Assembly: GCF_006345805.1 (NCBI RefSeq)
Contig: NC_043022.1
Coordinates: 17,360,001-17,424,000 of the forward strand
Reading direction: 5' to 3'
Origin: Octopus sinensis
Taxonomy: Eukaryota
DNA: 64,000 nucleotides
In this document: positions 1 to 19,355 of the stretch, one piece after another
Layout: the number at the start of each line of letters is the position of its first letter
Position numbering within the stretch: position 1 is the stretch's first letter
Notes under the pieces: model-generated
The model's database searches: none
What the model saw: the letters and a program-made list of their open reading frames with translations, nothing else
Told to the model about the DNA's origin: nothing
Translations under genes and position numbers: made by a program

Positions 1-131
1 CTTTCATCCTTTCGGAGTCGATAAATTAAGTACAAGTTACGCACTGGGGTCGATATAATCGACTTAATCCGTTTGTCTGTCGTTGTTTGTCCCCTCTTTG
101 CTTAGCCCTTTGTGGGTAGTAAAGAAATAGG
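1..131 (+). mobile_element. tRNA-derived SINE, 3' part (central domain resembling Deu/Nin type)
   Basis: Reverse-complement similarity to the full copy at 47276-47505; motif CTTTCATCCTTTCGG.GTCGATAAA.TAAGTAC. Domain name is from memory of the family, not a database search. Confidence 0.7.
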
Positions 132-625
132 TTTATAAGCAGTGGGTTTTAGGTTAGTTAGAGGGGGGGTACTCATTGCTAATTAGGACAGTTTAATAGG
201 TGTATTATTATTTAGATTCGTCGTAACACACTCAGTGATGGCTGTTAAATCTACAGACATGTTCTCTTGTACACAAAAGCAACATCTTCACTCTTTCTCC
301 CTCCATTTCGTATCTTCCTCCATTTTCGCTTTTGGACCCCTTTTCTAGCAACGATGTCCAAACATCGACCGCGACGGCGGCGGCAGCTCGTTTGAATACG
401 TTGTCCTCTTGTATACGATGTCCTCGATTCTGCGCAATTCCCCCAAACATTTCATTGTTTGGTTTATTATTTTTCTTGTTTCAATTATAAGACTAAGGCC
501 ATACTGGGGCACCGCCTTCAAGGATTTCCTCAAATAAGTCGATCCCTGTGCATATTTTAAAGTCTCACACCTTTTGCCGAACACATGGACGTAAACAAAG
601 CAACACTAGACAAGAGACTGTCGTA

Positions 626-786
626 TATACATATATACGACAGGCTTCTTTCAGTTTCCGTCTACCAAATCCACTCACAAGGCATTGGTCGGCCCGGGGC
701 TATAGCAGAAGACACTTGCCCAAGATGCCACGCAGTGGGACTGAACCCGGAACCATGTGGTTGGTTAGCAAGCTACTTACCACACA

Positions 787-832
<46 letters not shown>

Positions 833-1004
833 CATATATACGATGGGCTTCTTTCAGTTTCCGTCCACCAAATCCACTCACAAGGCTTTGGTCGTTCCGA
901 GGCTATAGTAGAAGACACTTGTCCAAGGTGTCACGCAGTGGGACTGAACCCAGAACCATGTGGTTGCTAAGCAAGCTACTTACCACACAGCCACTCCTGC
1001 GCCT
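626..1004 (-). mobile_element. Two adjacent copies of a tRNA-derived CORE-like octopus SINE separated by (TA)n
   Basis: Near-identical ~160-bp copies at ~626-790 and ~842-1004; head GTGGCTGTGTGGTAAG, B-box-like GGTTCAGTCCC, CORE-like ACCTTGGGCAAGTGTCTT; further copies at ~2205, 4545, 5310, 5578, 7305, 25740, 40250, 55190, 56540. Confidence 0.8.
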
Positions 1005-1397
1005 ATACAATAATATACACACATCAGGCTCCGTCCATTTGGTGATCCTCGAAGAGAAATGAAGCAGTTCCCTTTGAGGATGGCTGCAGTGGAAACACGA
1101 GTATGTCATTTTGATACAATGTGTATAATTATAAAATCAATTCTGTGGATGTCAAAGTCTCCATACTCTTTATTATTATTATCATCAATACTAATATATA
1201 TACCCCAGGTAATTTCTACAATCCAGTGAGGAATACACGGGATTATCAATTGGACGGAATCCACAGAGTGACTAACAGCTAATTGCAGTCACAGACGTTA
1301 GATATTAATCCTGGTGGAGGTTAGCCGTTAACTGGAACTTGACTGAGGGTCAATATGGTGTCCGCCCGGATAATAATACATCCTTCCAAACGCTCTC

Positions 1398-1443
<46 letters not shown>

Positions 1444-2811
1444 AATGACTCGCGAGATGGTAGCTGGAATGTAACTGGTAATCCAGAATCGTTGCCGAGA
1501 CACGAACTTATTTCTTTGAAATTAGAAAAATTAACCCAAGTTTTCAGCGCACCCTAGTATCTGTATGTGTAGCTGTGTGTGTGTGTGTGTGTGTAAAAAT
1601 CTGGGCGCCGCCTCTCCTTCAATTTTTATTACCCCCATCAATCCCCCCCCCCACCACCACCACCGCTACTTCCATTTATTTATTTATTTGTTTGTTTATT
1701 GAGTCACTCCCTTCTCGCCCAAAATCCTCGCAACTAATTTCCCACTTCCTCTCTCCTCCTCCTCTCTCCTCCTCTCTTCTCGCCCACCCCGCCACCTTTT
1801 CCGTCATCCCCCTCTTCCCATCCGTCCGTTCCGCAATTTCTTTTCAAGACAGTCGGCGATGGGGGCCAAGGAAGAGTACGCTGTATGGACCCTAAAAGCC
1901 ATCTCCTGGTAGGGGTCCGACTCATTACCTGAGTATCACCTGTTCAATGGGGCAAAGCATTGCCAGCGCGAGTTCAGAGGGGCGGGGGGGGGCGTAGGTG
2001 TCCATACAGGAATGTTTCTCTGTGTGTGTGTGTGTGTATGTGTGTATTTCTGTGCATGTGTCTATATATGTGTGTGTATGTGTATACAGGTTTGTGTGTT
2101 TGTAAACATGTATATATATATAATATATGTGTGTGTGTGTGTTTGTAAACGTATATATATATGTTTGTGTATATCTTAATGTATATGTATACATCTGTAT
2201 GTGCGTATGAATGTATGTGTAGCAAGAAGTTGCTCCCCGAATACATTGTCCCAGGTTCAATCCCACCGCGTGGCACCTTCGACAAGTGTCTTCTACGTCA
2301 GCCCCAAGCCGGCCAAAAACTTGAAAGTAGATATGGTAGAAGAAAATATATTTTAAATTTGCTTAGAAAATCAGGTAAATGCCCTTAAGAAGAGGCAGGG
2401 AGATGGCTAGCAAGCCTCGGGGTGAATGGTTCGATTCCTCGTGGAGCCTTGCTGGCCACTGGAATATACCCGATTTTCTAAGCTGCCTTCACAGCCCCCT
2501 GCGTTCCGGAATCCCTCTATTTTCTGTAGAATACCGACACATGTTTACAATATAGGCACACACACACACACACACATCAGTTGAATAAACTTACAACGTG
2601 GTCTTATTTTCATTGGTTGTAACTTTATTCAACTGATAAAGTGTTCTATAAACTTTTACACAAATTCAGGATATATAATATATATATATATGTGTGTGTG
2701 TGCATATATTATATATATATATATATATATATGGATACATATGGATATATATAAAATCATATACACTCACACATATATATGCCTAGATTATAATATATAA
2801 CGTCATATGTG

Positions 2812-2842
<31 letters not shown>

Positions 2843-2972
2843 TGTGTGTGTGTGTGTGTGTGTGTGGTGTGGTATACATAGTGAAGCATATTTGCCATTT
2901 AAATGTGACTAACACTTAAGAGTTGATACTACTGTAGCTTGCAGCCTCATATATACATACATATATATACAT

Positions 2973-3003
<31 letters not shown>

Positions 3004-3109
3004 CATACATGTATGTATGCATATATACATGTATGTATGCATATATACATGTATGTTATATATATAAATACATATATATATATATATATATATATACAGT
3101 ATGTATATA

Positions 3110-3151
<42 letters not shown>

Positions 3152-6100
3152 CACACCTTACATCAGTTACTGGGGCTGTCTGCGTTCTGAGTTCGAATCC
3201 CGCCTGGCCTTCGTCATCTCAGTTTAATATTTAACCCTTACACCCCTAACATAGACTTTCGTTGGTCCTGTTTTGTCATTCTAGAAAATATATTGATTAA
3301 CGAATCAAGAGTTAATAAATGACCCAACGAATCCTGTTTTTAAGAGAGCGTAGTGTTATTTGAGGGAGATCGACTGCTATTTCTAGCAAACCGACAGGAC
3401 ATGGGGGGGGGGCTGCCACCGCCACGTCTGCTTGATTTCAGTGAGAGGGGGACAAAGGGAAGGTAAGACAGGTGATTGAGAAGAGAGAGGGGCAGTGAGA
3501 GGGGACAACAGTTAACGATGATGACGATGATGATGATTATGATGGACGTAGCGGAATAAATGAAGAGAAACGGGGGAAAAAAGAAGGGATTTGAAGTAGA
3601 AAACATAAAATTCTCTTAGTTTAATAACGGAAACCGCCGACTGCGTGAAGAGGGGGGGTCGAGAAGGATGGAGATGTGTTGCGATTTTGGAAGAGGGGGG
3701 GGTGAGGGATTTGGAGATGTAGGTGGTTAGGAGGGGTGGGTGGGGGAGTGAAGAGGGAGTGACGAGAGCAAAACATGAAGTGAAAACAGAGATGACAACA
3801 GTGGTAGATGACACAGTGGTAGTGGCCATGTGGATTGTCGTGAGATGAAAATCTCATCGGGATTAACTTCATTTTTACACGACAAGATAGACACCCGGGG
3901 TATACACACACACATATGTACACGCTTACTTTTTTGTTTCCTGAACGAGACAATGTACTCAGTACATGCTTAAGAGTACAGTTATTTCATGCACATGGCC
4001 GTCTACATCGCTGTTCACAGTTCATGTTACAGTCTTTTCATCAGGCGACATAAACTCTCTATTTCTGCAATATCCAAGACATTCCACAATCTTTCCGTTT
4101 ATTGGTCATCCCAAGTCACATGGCTTCTGCGTATGACTTCAGTGGGTGGGGGAGTAGTTCCTCGTTGTAGAAGATAGTGTATATAGGGGTGGGGGTCACT
4201 TACAGAACAAATCTTTATCCCTTTAAGGGAAAATTCCTCTGCTCCCTTTTGGCGTGAAACGTGCGCAACATCAGCCGAATGTATTAAACGATTTATAACT
4301 CTGCAATGGAAGTTAAGGACTTCTCCATTCGTTAATCTTTTTTCTTTTATCTTCTACTTGTTTTAGTCATTGGACTGTGGCCAGGCTGGGGCACAACCTT
4401 GAAGAGTTTAGTCGAACAAATTGACCCCAATATTCGTTTTATCAAGATTGGTATTTATTCTATTGATATCTTTTGTCAAACTGCTACACTACAAGGACGT
4501 AACCAGAACAATACCGGTTGTGAAGCAGTGGTCACACACACACACTACGGGCTTTCATACAGTTCCTGTCAACCCAATTTACTCACAAGGCATTGAGCGG
4601 TCCGGAGCTTTAGTAGAAGACATTTGTGCTTGGTGCTGTGTGGTGGGATTGACCCCCAAACCACGTAGTTGGGAAGCAAACGTCTTAACCACACAGACTG
4701 CGGTCATGCTGGAGCACTGCCTCAAAGATTTCAGACGAATTAATGGTCTTTAGTAAAAGTGTTGTGAGCTGGGCTGAAACCGAAACAAGGCGACGGCAAA
4801 GCGAGTATCTTAAGCACACGACCGTACCTGCACACAGGCAGGTAAAATGTACAAAAACCACTTCAGTTTGAATAGACGAAAATGGGAAGACATTCCGTAG
4901 CCCACTCCTTGTAAAGAGGTCAGAAAACGTAGAAACAGGTAAAAAGGTTGCACGAAGAATGAGAAAGTATTGTTCGCTGGACAAAGCCATCCCCCCCCCC
5001 CCCCAACACACCCAAAGGCAACACATTCAATTCTATCATTCATCCCGATCCCGTCCTCGCCCATGGGAAATACAGTGAAAAATTCGAAACGGACTTCAAA
5101 TATATAAAAAGGTGGGGACCTTGAAGACCACGTAAACCACTTCCAAACCCCATTAAATGAAGTTTTGTCTTTCTTTAATTAAAGGATGGGGATTTTCTGT
5201 AGCAGAGACAAAAGCTTTTTATGAACTGGAGAGAAAAATAGGAAGAGTCGACGATTGGCAAATAACGCAGAGAGAATATCAGAAGGAGAAAAGAGTGAAA
5301 ACAACTGTGGACGCAAGTATGAAGTTTGCTTCTCGAACCATGTGGGTCTGGGTTCAATCCAATTACACAACACCTGAGACAAGTGTTTTCCGTTGTAGCC
5401 ACGGACCGATCAAAACTTTGTGAGTGAATTTTGTAAAGGGAAACTGAAAGAAGCCTGAGTGTGTGTGTGTGTGTGTGTGTGTGAGCGCGTTTGTACCCCA
5501 CCACCACTTGACAACGTAACTTAGCGGTTAGACAAAAAGAGTCCGATAGAATAAGTACCAGGCTATACAAAAAAACTGAGTGGCTGTGTGGTAAGTAGCT
5601 TGCTTAGGAACCACATGGTTCCGGGTTCAGTCCCACTGCGTGACACCTTGGGCAAGTGTATTCTACTATAATCTCGGGCCGACCAAAGTCTTGTTTGTGT
5701 GTGTGTGTGTGTGTGTGTCTGTCCCCCCAACAACGCTTGACAACCGATGCTGGTGTGTTTACGTCCCCGTAACTTAGCTAGGCTGACAAAGAATAAGTCC
5801 TGGGATGCTTTGCTCAACTATAGGCGGTGCCTCCAGTATGGCCGCAGTCAAATGACCTGAAACAAGTAAAAGAAAGCACTGGTATCGATTCATTCGACTA
5901 AAAATTCAAGGTGGTGCCCCAGCATGACCATAGTCTAATGACTGAAAGAATTAAAACATAAAAGATACGCGAGCGTGTGTGTATGTATGTGTGTGTGTGC
6001 GCGCGTGCGTCCCCACAACGCTTGACGACCGATGTTGGTTTGTTTGCGTTGCCGTACGCAAGTGGTTTGATAAAAAGGATCGATAAAATAAGGAGTAGAC

Positions 6101-6665
6101 TTAAGTGCTGACGCGATATATTGGAATAAATGCTTCAAGCTAGTGGCCCAGGATGTCATATCCATGGCGTTTTTAATCAGAACTGCTGACCAAAGATTTA
6201 CTGAATTAAATATGAGAGGTGGCTGAGTACTCCGCAGACACCGATACACTTAACGGACGAAGCGTGACACAGTGTAACAAGTTGTAGCATTAAATTACTG
6301 TCGACCGGACGAGCTTCCGTACAGTTTGTCGCGACCCCATTTCACTCACAAGAAATGAATCAACCCGGGGCTATGGAAAATATTTGCCCAAAATGGAACA
6401 AAGTGGGATCGAATGTGGGACCTCGAGCTGGAAAAGCGAATTTATTGACCACACTGTATCTACACACTCGCGCGCGCACACACGGCCACTACCGAAAAGC
6501 CCCGAAACCGACCGTAAATGTAGCTTCTATCACAAGATTTCGTGAATTAAATTAAAATTCAGCTGAATTAAAAAGACCGAAACAAACTGAATTAGAAGGA
6601 AACAAAACCACTACAAGGACAATAATAATAGATCGTGTATACAACTTTACGCAGATATATATATG

Positions 6666-6697
<32 letters not shown>

Positions 6698-7266
6698 ATG
6701 TGTTGTGTGTGTGTGTGGTGTAAGGGGCGGTGAAGCAAGACGTACACGTATGTGCCTTCCACAATTGAAGGTGATCTATTGCCAGACGGGAAGAGCGTGG
6801 AGGGATTGAACTTTAGATTCCACTGTTCAACCTTGTCACAGAATGTGTCATGATGATTCAGCTAAAGGATGAGATAAAAATGTTACTGTGGAGTACTCAG
6901 CCGTTTACATAAAAACTCAACGAGCAGGCACCGACATACACCTCGCCGACATCGGTAGAAGACCATTTCCATTATACAGACATATATGGATGTAGACATT
7001 ACATACATCAGATATATATATATATATATATTGTATTATATATATGCTATAATATCTGTCTGTCTGTTTGTCTTTTACTTGTTTCAGTCTCATTAGTGTG
7101 CGGCCATGTTGGGGCACTGCCTTGAAGAACCTTTTAGTCGATTGAATCAACCTCATTACTTATTTCTTTTAAAGCCTGGTGCTTATTCTATCGGTAGGGA
7201 ACGTAGACAAAACAACACCGGTTGTCAATCGGTGAAGTGAGAGAAACAGTCTCACACACACACACA

Positions 7267-7304
<38 letters not shown>

Positions 7305-7460
7305 GATGGGCGTCTTTCAGTTTCTGTCCACCAAATCCACTCACAAGGCTTTGGTTGGCTCGTGGCTATAATAGAAGACACTTGCCCAAGGTGTCACGCA
7401 CTGGGACTGAACTCAAAACCATCAGGTTGGGAAGCAAACTTCTTACCACACAGCCACGCC

Positions 7461-7499
<39 letters not shown>

Positions 7500-8110
7500 T
7501 CTTAAAGTTACCTTTCGGTGCAAAAGCGCCGACCCTTGATGAAGAGGCTGGAGCTAAAATTCCTCTCCAATTTTAATATTGCTCTGTGTTAGCCATACTC
7601 CGCATATTTTGCTTTCATCAACTCACTCTACCTAACAACTAATTAATTAGGTGTGTTAAATCAAAATTACACTTTGACACTCCCACTTTTTTTTTTTTAA
7701 TTCGGAACAAGATGACAGAGAAATCGGAGAAATGACTGATGTTTGTGGTCCAACCGGGTCTGAACTGATTATGTAACTGTCAACCCGGCAGAGAGAAGGA
7801 CGACCATCATGTTAGCCGCTCCAGGTTTATTGAAGCAGAAACCATCGTTTGATGGTCTTTTATATTCATTGTTATCAGCGGTGATGGGCATGGCTATGAG
7901 TTTGGAAGGTCGTCGAACCTTGGACGGGTTTTGTTCACCGTGGCTGTGTGTTCACCAAAATTCTTGTCTGTGAAATTCGTACACTGATACGCACAGACAC
8001 ATTATTTATACACTTATACACACGCACACACACACATATTTATATATATAGATATATATATAAGTATATATATATATATATATATATTATAGATATATAT
8101 ATAGTAGATA

Positions 8111-8167
<57 letters not shown>

Positions 8168-8542
8168 TATATAATATATATATATTATATAAATATTATA
8201 TTAGATAATATACACACACACAAGTACACAGATATATTCATGCCCAGGCACAGATAAAAGCGGCGCAAACCATTTGTTTACGTGACAGCTGAGGCTACAA
8301 CTGCGTTTAGTAAAAAATGTGACACCTTAAATTTTGGGTGTGTGCGTGCGCGCGCGCATGTATATTTCCACACACAGACACAGACACACAGACACACAAT
8401 GTTTGTTTTTATGTTATCAACACATTTGGTAAAGTACAAATTATCATTTTTTTTTTAAACAAGAATAGACAGTGACTTCAAAGCTTCGCCAGCAAAGCAC
8501 ATCATGTTTATATATATATATATTATATATATGTATACATAC

Positions 8543-8576
<34 letters not shown>

Positions 8577-8586
8577 GTATACATAC

Positions 8587-8617
<31 letters not shown>

Positions 8618-8717
8618 NNNNNNNNNNNNNNNNNNNNNNNNNNNNNNNNNNNNNNNNNNNNNNNNNNNNNNNNNNNNNNNNNNNNNNNNNNNNNNNNNNN
8701 NNNNNNNNNNNNNNNNN
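8618..8717. other. Assembly gap (100 N)
   Basis: Run of 100 N between a TA microsatellite and the CR1 fragment. Confidence 0.99.
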
Positions 8718-9605
8718 GTTAGTTTGACACTATGCGGTGACCACAGTTGGGAGCAGTAGTCCAGGCGGCTTAGGAACAAAGTCCTCCATAGTGTCAACAT
8801 GGTCTCGCAGTCTCTGTCGGAATGTCCTCAGGATCCACGCCAGTGAGTCGTCTGCACATTGTCGCCACCTTCGCGATGTGTGAAGAAAAAGATGCATTGT
8901 CACTCATGTCTATCCCCAGGTCCCGTATTGATTTCGATCCCTCCTGGACCAGTATAGTTGTGTTGAATGTATATGGGTTTACAGCTTGATATTGTAAGGC
9001 TTGAAATTTACCAGCATTAAATTGCATGTTGTCTTCAGCCCATTTGTATATGGCATCCAGATCTTGTAAAAGGTCAGCATCAGCTGGGTTTTTGATTGCC
9101 TGTGCTACCTTTGTGTCATCAGCATAGCTAGTGAGGGATGTTGTTTGTTGCTACCAAGGGCATGTCAGAGAGCGCCACCAAAAAAAACACAAGGGTCCCA
9201 AGACTGTGCCCTGTGGCACCCCGCTTGCTATTGGTGTCTTCCCGAGAGGGCTCCATTGGCTGCAACCATTCTGGCTTCTGTCCTTCAGGAAGTCATGTAT
9301 CCACTCACCTACTTTTCCTGTTATGCGGTCTGAGTAATTTGTGACATATCACTCCGTGGTCGACTTTGTCAAAGGCCTTCGCAAAGTCAAGATATACCAC
9401 ATCCACCTGTGAGCGATCCAGTAGTTGTTTCAGTACCCAGTCGTAGTGTTGTAACAGCTGCGTAAGGCAGCTTCTTCTGGGCGAAAGCCATGCTGTGTGT
9501 CAGTGAGACGGTTAGTTTCTTCGAGGAACGTGATCAGGTTTTTTCTGATGATTCGTTCCATGACCTTACTTATGTGTGACGTCAGGGAGACTGGCCTGTA
9601 GTTTT
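8718..9605 (-). mobile_element. Decayed CR1-clade LINE, reverse transcriptase fragment
   Basis: Frameshifted RT motifs YLDFAKAFDKVDH, GTVLGP, SYADDTK, IRDLGI, SRLDYCSQLWSP; truncated at the N gap. Confidence 0.85.
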
Positions 9606-9619
9606 GGCCTCTGCTCTAC

Positions 9620-9658
9620 ATATATATATACATACAATATATATACATATATATATAC

Positions 9659-9717
<59 letters not shown>

Positions 9718-9737
9718 ATACATACATATATATATAT

Positions 9738-9786
<49 letters not shown>

Positions 9787-10772
9787 TATATATATATATA
9801 CACACATATATATATATCTTAATATATACACACATATATAATATATATATATAAACACATATATTATTACATATATATATATACACATATATATATACAT
9901 ATATATATAGATATACATATACATATTATATATACATATATACATATATAACATATATATATACATATATATATATACATATAATATATACATATATATA
10001 AACATATATATATATACATATATATATATACATCTATATACAATATATATATACATACATATATATATTACATACATATATATATACATATATACATACA
10101 TATATACATATAATAACATATTACATATATATATACATACATATATACATTATATATAACATATATATATATATACATATATATAGATACATATATATAC
10201 ACATATATATATACATATATTACCACATAATATATACATATATATACATATACATATATATACATATACAATATACATATATATATCCTATATATAATAC
10301 ATATATATATAAACATATATATATCTTACATATATATAATATACATATATAATACATATATATAATATACATATATATATAATACATATATATACATATA
10401 TATATATATACATACATATATATATACATACATATATATATACATACATATATAGATATAACATATATATATATACATATATATACACATATTATATACA
10501 TATATATATATATACATATATAACACATATATTTATTACATACATATATATATACATATTATATACAACTATATATATACATATATACATATATATATAC
10601 ATATATAATATATTATACATATATATATACATATAATATATACATATATATATAACATAATATATAAACATATATATATATACATATATATAAACATATA
10701 TATATAAACATATATATATAAACATATATATAATATAACATATATATATAATACTATATATATACATACATA

Positions 10773-10804
<32 letters not shown>

Positions 10805-11983
10805 ATATACATATATACATATATATATACATATATATATACATATATAATATATACATATGATTGATTGATTCTAGTTTCAGCTTATGAGCTGTGGCCA
10901 TGCTTGGGCACCGCCATTTCGTGTTGCTACTTGGTTTCACTTCATGGAGGCTTTCTAGCAACTGCTATTTGGTGCATGAGAGTTATATATATATACATAT
11001 ATATACATATATATATACATATATATTACATATATATATTACATATATATAACATATATATATATATATATACAATATATACATATATATATACAATATA
11101 TACATACATATATACAATATATACATACATATATACAATATACAATATATATACAATATATACATATATATACTATATATATATACATATATACATATAT
11201 ATATACAATATATTACATATATATATACAATATATACATATATATATACAATATATACAACAATATAACATATATATATATATATATATATCAATATATA
11301 CATATATATATACAATATATACATATATATATACAATATATACATATATATATACAATATATACATATATATATACATATATATATACAATATATATATA
11401 TATATCCATATATACATATATATATACAATATAACATATATATATACATATATATATATATACATATTATATACATACATATAATATATACATATATATA
11501 TAACATATATAACATACATATATATATACATATATAATATACATATATACATACATATATATACACACATATATATATCTTACATAATATATACATACAA
11601 TATATACACATATATATATATTTACACATAATATATAATACATATATATATATAATATATAATATACATATATATAATACATATATATATAAATATATAC
11701 ATATATAATACATATATATACATACATATATACAATATATATATACAATATACTATACATATATACATAATATATATACATATTATATAATATAACATAT
11801 ATATAATACATTATATATTATACATATATATATATACATATTATATATACACATATATATATATATACATATATATATACATATCATATATAACATATAT
11901 ATATACATATTACATTAATATATATACATATATATATACATATATATATATACATATATATATATACATATAATATATACATA

Positions 11984-12037
<54 letters not shown>

Positions 12038-12098
12038 CATACATATATACATAGTATATATACATATATAATACATAATAATATATATATATATATAT

Positions 12099-12130
<32 letters not shown>

Positions 12131-12175
12131 TTATATATATATTAATATTACATATATATATATATACATATATAC

Positions 12176-12208
<33 letters not shown>

Positions 12209-12715
12209 CATAATAATATATATACATATATACATATATATATATATATACATATATACATATACATATATACCATATATATACATATATACATATATAC
12301 ATATATACATATATATAATATACATATAATATATTACATATATAATATATATATACATTATATATACATTATATATATATATATACATATATATACATAT
12401 ATATATGATATACATATATATATATATATATACATATATAATATATATATATACATATATATATATATACATATATAATATACATATATATAATATATAT
12501 ATATATACATATATATACAATATATATACATATATAATATAATAACTAATATATATACATATATTAGATACATATAATATACATATATATACATATAATA
12601 TATATATACATATATATATACATATATATATATACATATATAATACATATATAATTACATATATATATATATATACATATATATATACATAGATATAATA
12701 ATACATATATATATC

Positions 12716-12764
<49 letters not shown>

Positions 12765-12926
12765 TATAATATATACCACAATATATACATATATACACAA
12801 TATACATATATACATATAATATACAATATATACATATACATATATATATACATACATATATATTATACATATATTATATACATACATATATATATACATA
12901 CAATATATATACATATAATATATATA

Positions 12927-12957
<31 letters not shown>

Positions 12958-12959
12958 CC

Positions 12960-12991
<32 letters not shown>

Positions 12992-13040
12992 CATATATAC
13001 ATTATATATATATATACATATATATATATATAATATATAT
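9620..13040. repeat. ~3.4-kb degenerate (TA)n/(TACA)n microsatellite array
   Basis: Directly visible; interrupted by a ~120-bp island at 10862-10982; all overlapping Y/I/C/M/V ORFs are artefacts. Confidence 0.97.
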
Positions 13041-13814
13041 ATATGTTTTTTCACAGGGGGGGTTTCCTTGTCAAGGCAGGCTTAGATGAACACACACACA
13101 CACACACAAAACATAATATATATATATTTTTTTATTTTTTTTCTTTCTGCCACCCAACGGTTATCACGGCAGTAGCCACTGACAGCCGAACGATCAAACG
13201 CACACACGTACACAAAAAATGTTTCTACCCCTACGCCAACACACATATATAGAACAGTATACACACACACACGTCTCTAAGTAGATTTTTTCTCGCCCCT
13301 TATAAAACATCCAATATTCTTTAAATAGTCAGAACTTTATTCTCGGTCACAAAGAACATCTATTACACCCTCACCCCCACATGATTGACCGATGCCTGAC
13401 CCGTTGAATTCTTCAGCCACCGGTTCTCAAATACACTGATAAACAGTTTCGCCATGGGCTCTTAGGAGCACAGTTCGATTTGTTTTTTGCTCTGCCTCTG
13501 TTCTGTTTTTGTTTTTCCAACGGATTTCCTTTTTTCTTCCTGAAGAGAAAGACACAATATGGTCCCATTATTCAATCGGATTTTGGTAATTTGTGCCTTT
13601 GAAACCGTGTAGAATGAAATAAAACGATTTCTGTTCAATCTGCGTTCAGCTCCATTTCTTCAATTCACCAATAATGTTTTAATTTCAATTATCCGCACCA
13701 ACGCACGGTTGCAACGCCTGATGGTTGTACCTCCAACCGTGCTGTTTACTGCTGTGATTTTGCTACTAAGGTATCGGTTAAACTTTTGATTAATATTACT
13801 ACAAGATTATTCAT

Positions 13815-17704
<3,890 letters not shown>

Positions 17705-17705
<1 letters not shown>

Positions 17706-18010
17706 TCACCGTGACCAACCAGGCCATCAGATGTTGTTACACATCGCTGGTCACAATGTGCTTCGCATTGTTTTTTTATTCTTCAAATGACGCCACCCCG
17801 CTGGCTAAGCGAGCAGGCCAACAGAAGAAAGAGTGTGAGAAAGTTGTGGCGAAAGAGTACAGCGGGGATCGCCACCATCCCCTGCTGGAGCCTCGTGGAG
17901 CTTTAGGTGTTTTCGCTCAATAAATACTCACAACGCTCAGTCTGGGAATCGAAACTGCGATCCTATGACCGCGAGTCCGCTGCCCTAACCACTAGGCCAT
18001 TGCGCCTCCA
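17705..18010 (-). mobile_element. tRNA-derived SINE (third family), near full length
   Basis: Minus-strand head GTGGAGGCGCAATGGCCTAGTGGTTAGGGCAGCGGACTCGCGG...GTTTCGATTCCCAG with A and B boxes; 3' end runs into (TA)n. Confidence 0.75.
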
Positions 18011-18134
18011 CATATATATATATATATATACATATATATATACACATATACATATATATACACACATATATATATATACATATATATATACACATACATA
18101 TATACACATACATATACATATATACATACAATAA

Positions 18135-18366
18135 TAAAGGGTGAAATTAATTAATTTAGAAATAATCATTAATTTCACCAAGTAGAGTTCGGCATGTAAA
18201 AGCCCCATTCAAGGAAGGTTTAAGTAATACTAAGTAATTAAGGGTTTAGCAACGGTTTGCCTCACCTACCTAAAAGTAGAAAGAATAGCCAAAACTTTTT
18301 GACTGCTATTTCTAAATTCGGTGTGTGGTGAGGCAAATCGTTGCTAAACCCTTAATTACTTAGTAT
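18135..18366. mobile_element. Short element with 40-bp inverted repeat, probable Penelope-like remnant
   Basis: 18227-18266 vs 18327-18366 reverse complement 39/40; AAGGGTGA...CACCAAGT end shared with the 61015 element; arm recurs at 63297-63330. Confidence 0.5.
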
Positions 18367-18779
18367 ATATATATACATATATACATATACATACATACAT
18401 ATATATATATACATACATATACATATATATATATATATATATATGTATATATCATCACCATCGTTTAACATCTGTTGTCCATGGTTTGGTCAGTTCGACT
18501 GGGCTGGCACACTAGAAGGCTACACCAGACTTCAATCCGATTTCATATATATACACACACATACAAATACATAGATAATTCAATATTCTTATAAATATCA
18601 CTCATTTTTTTCCCCCAACTTCCACCGCCTCTGATTATTATCATTATATTTTGGAGCTTCCTTAGGGAAAAGCTTCTCAACCCTATACATAATGTATGTG
18701 CATGATTGAAAAAAGTGTGAAAATAATGACTGTATATGCATACTTTTATGTGTGTCAGAGAAGGCAAGATTTCGCTTTT

Positions 18780-18847
18780 GTCATAAACATAATAAACACA
18801 AGAAGAGCAAGAGAAAGATCAAAGTTCAAAGTTTAGTTTTATTTATT
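18780..18847 (-). terminator. Putative polyadenylation signal of the GIGYF gene
   Basis: Overlapping AATAAA hexamers (18847-18842, 18843-18838) followed about 25 nt downstream by a U/GU-rich tract (TCTTTCTCTTGCTCTTCTTGTGTTT); would give a 3' UTR of about 1.65 kb. Confidence 0.45.
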
Positions 18848-19303
18848 TAATATTTTATATATATATTATATTATATATATATATATATACATATATATAT
18901 ACATACATATACATATATATATATATATATATTTGTTAAAATTTATTCAAATTTTTTCCCTTATTTTTTTTGTCCTGTTTTTATAATTGTTAAGTCTATT
19001 CATTTCATTGATTTAGTTTTTGTAATCTTTTCACCATATCTCATTTTTCTTTTTTTTTAAAGTTTTTTTTTGTATTTTTTTAATATTTCTTTTATTTTTT
19101 TGCAATTAATATCACAGCCAATTCATGTAGGTAGGTATGCAAAAATTTCCACTTCTGATTTATTTATTTATTTTCCCCAGATGTAAAATTCAGAAAGAAC
19201 AGGAAAAGGAAGAAAAAAAAAAGAGAGAGAGAGAGGCAGGGAAAAGAGAAAGAGAGGGGAAGATATTATTAAGGAAAGTGCAGTTTCCATTATTATTGAT
19301 TTG

Positions 19304-19355
<52 letters not shown>

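Noticed and set aside
7700-7975. Unique CpG-containing segment with a small hairpin (ACCATC-GTTT-GATGGT) and a ~55-aa ORF
   Set aside because: No recognisable protein or RNA family; the hairpin is too short to be significant
8240-8330. Cluster of GATA, Fox and E-box-like motifs
   Set aside because: Short motifs expected by chance; enhancer function cannot be supported from sequence alone
8444-8800. ORFs spanning the N run and the apparent microsatellite-to-LINE junction
   Set aside because: Assembly gap; adjacency and distance are not reliable
17940-18010. tRNA-like segments with A/B boxes (also in other SINE heads)
   Set aside because: SINE heads continuing into SINE bodies, without a complete cloverleaf; not tRNA genes
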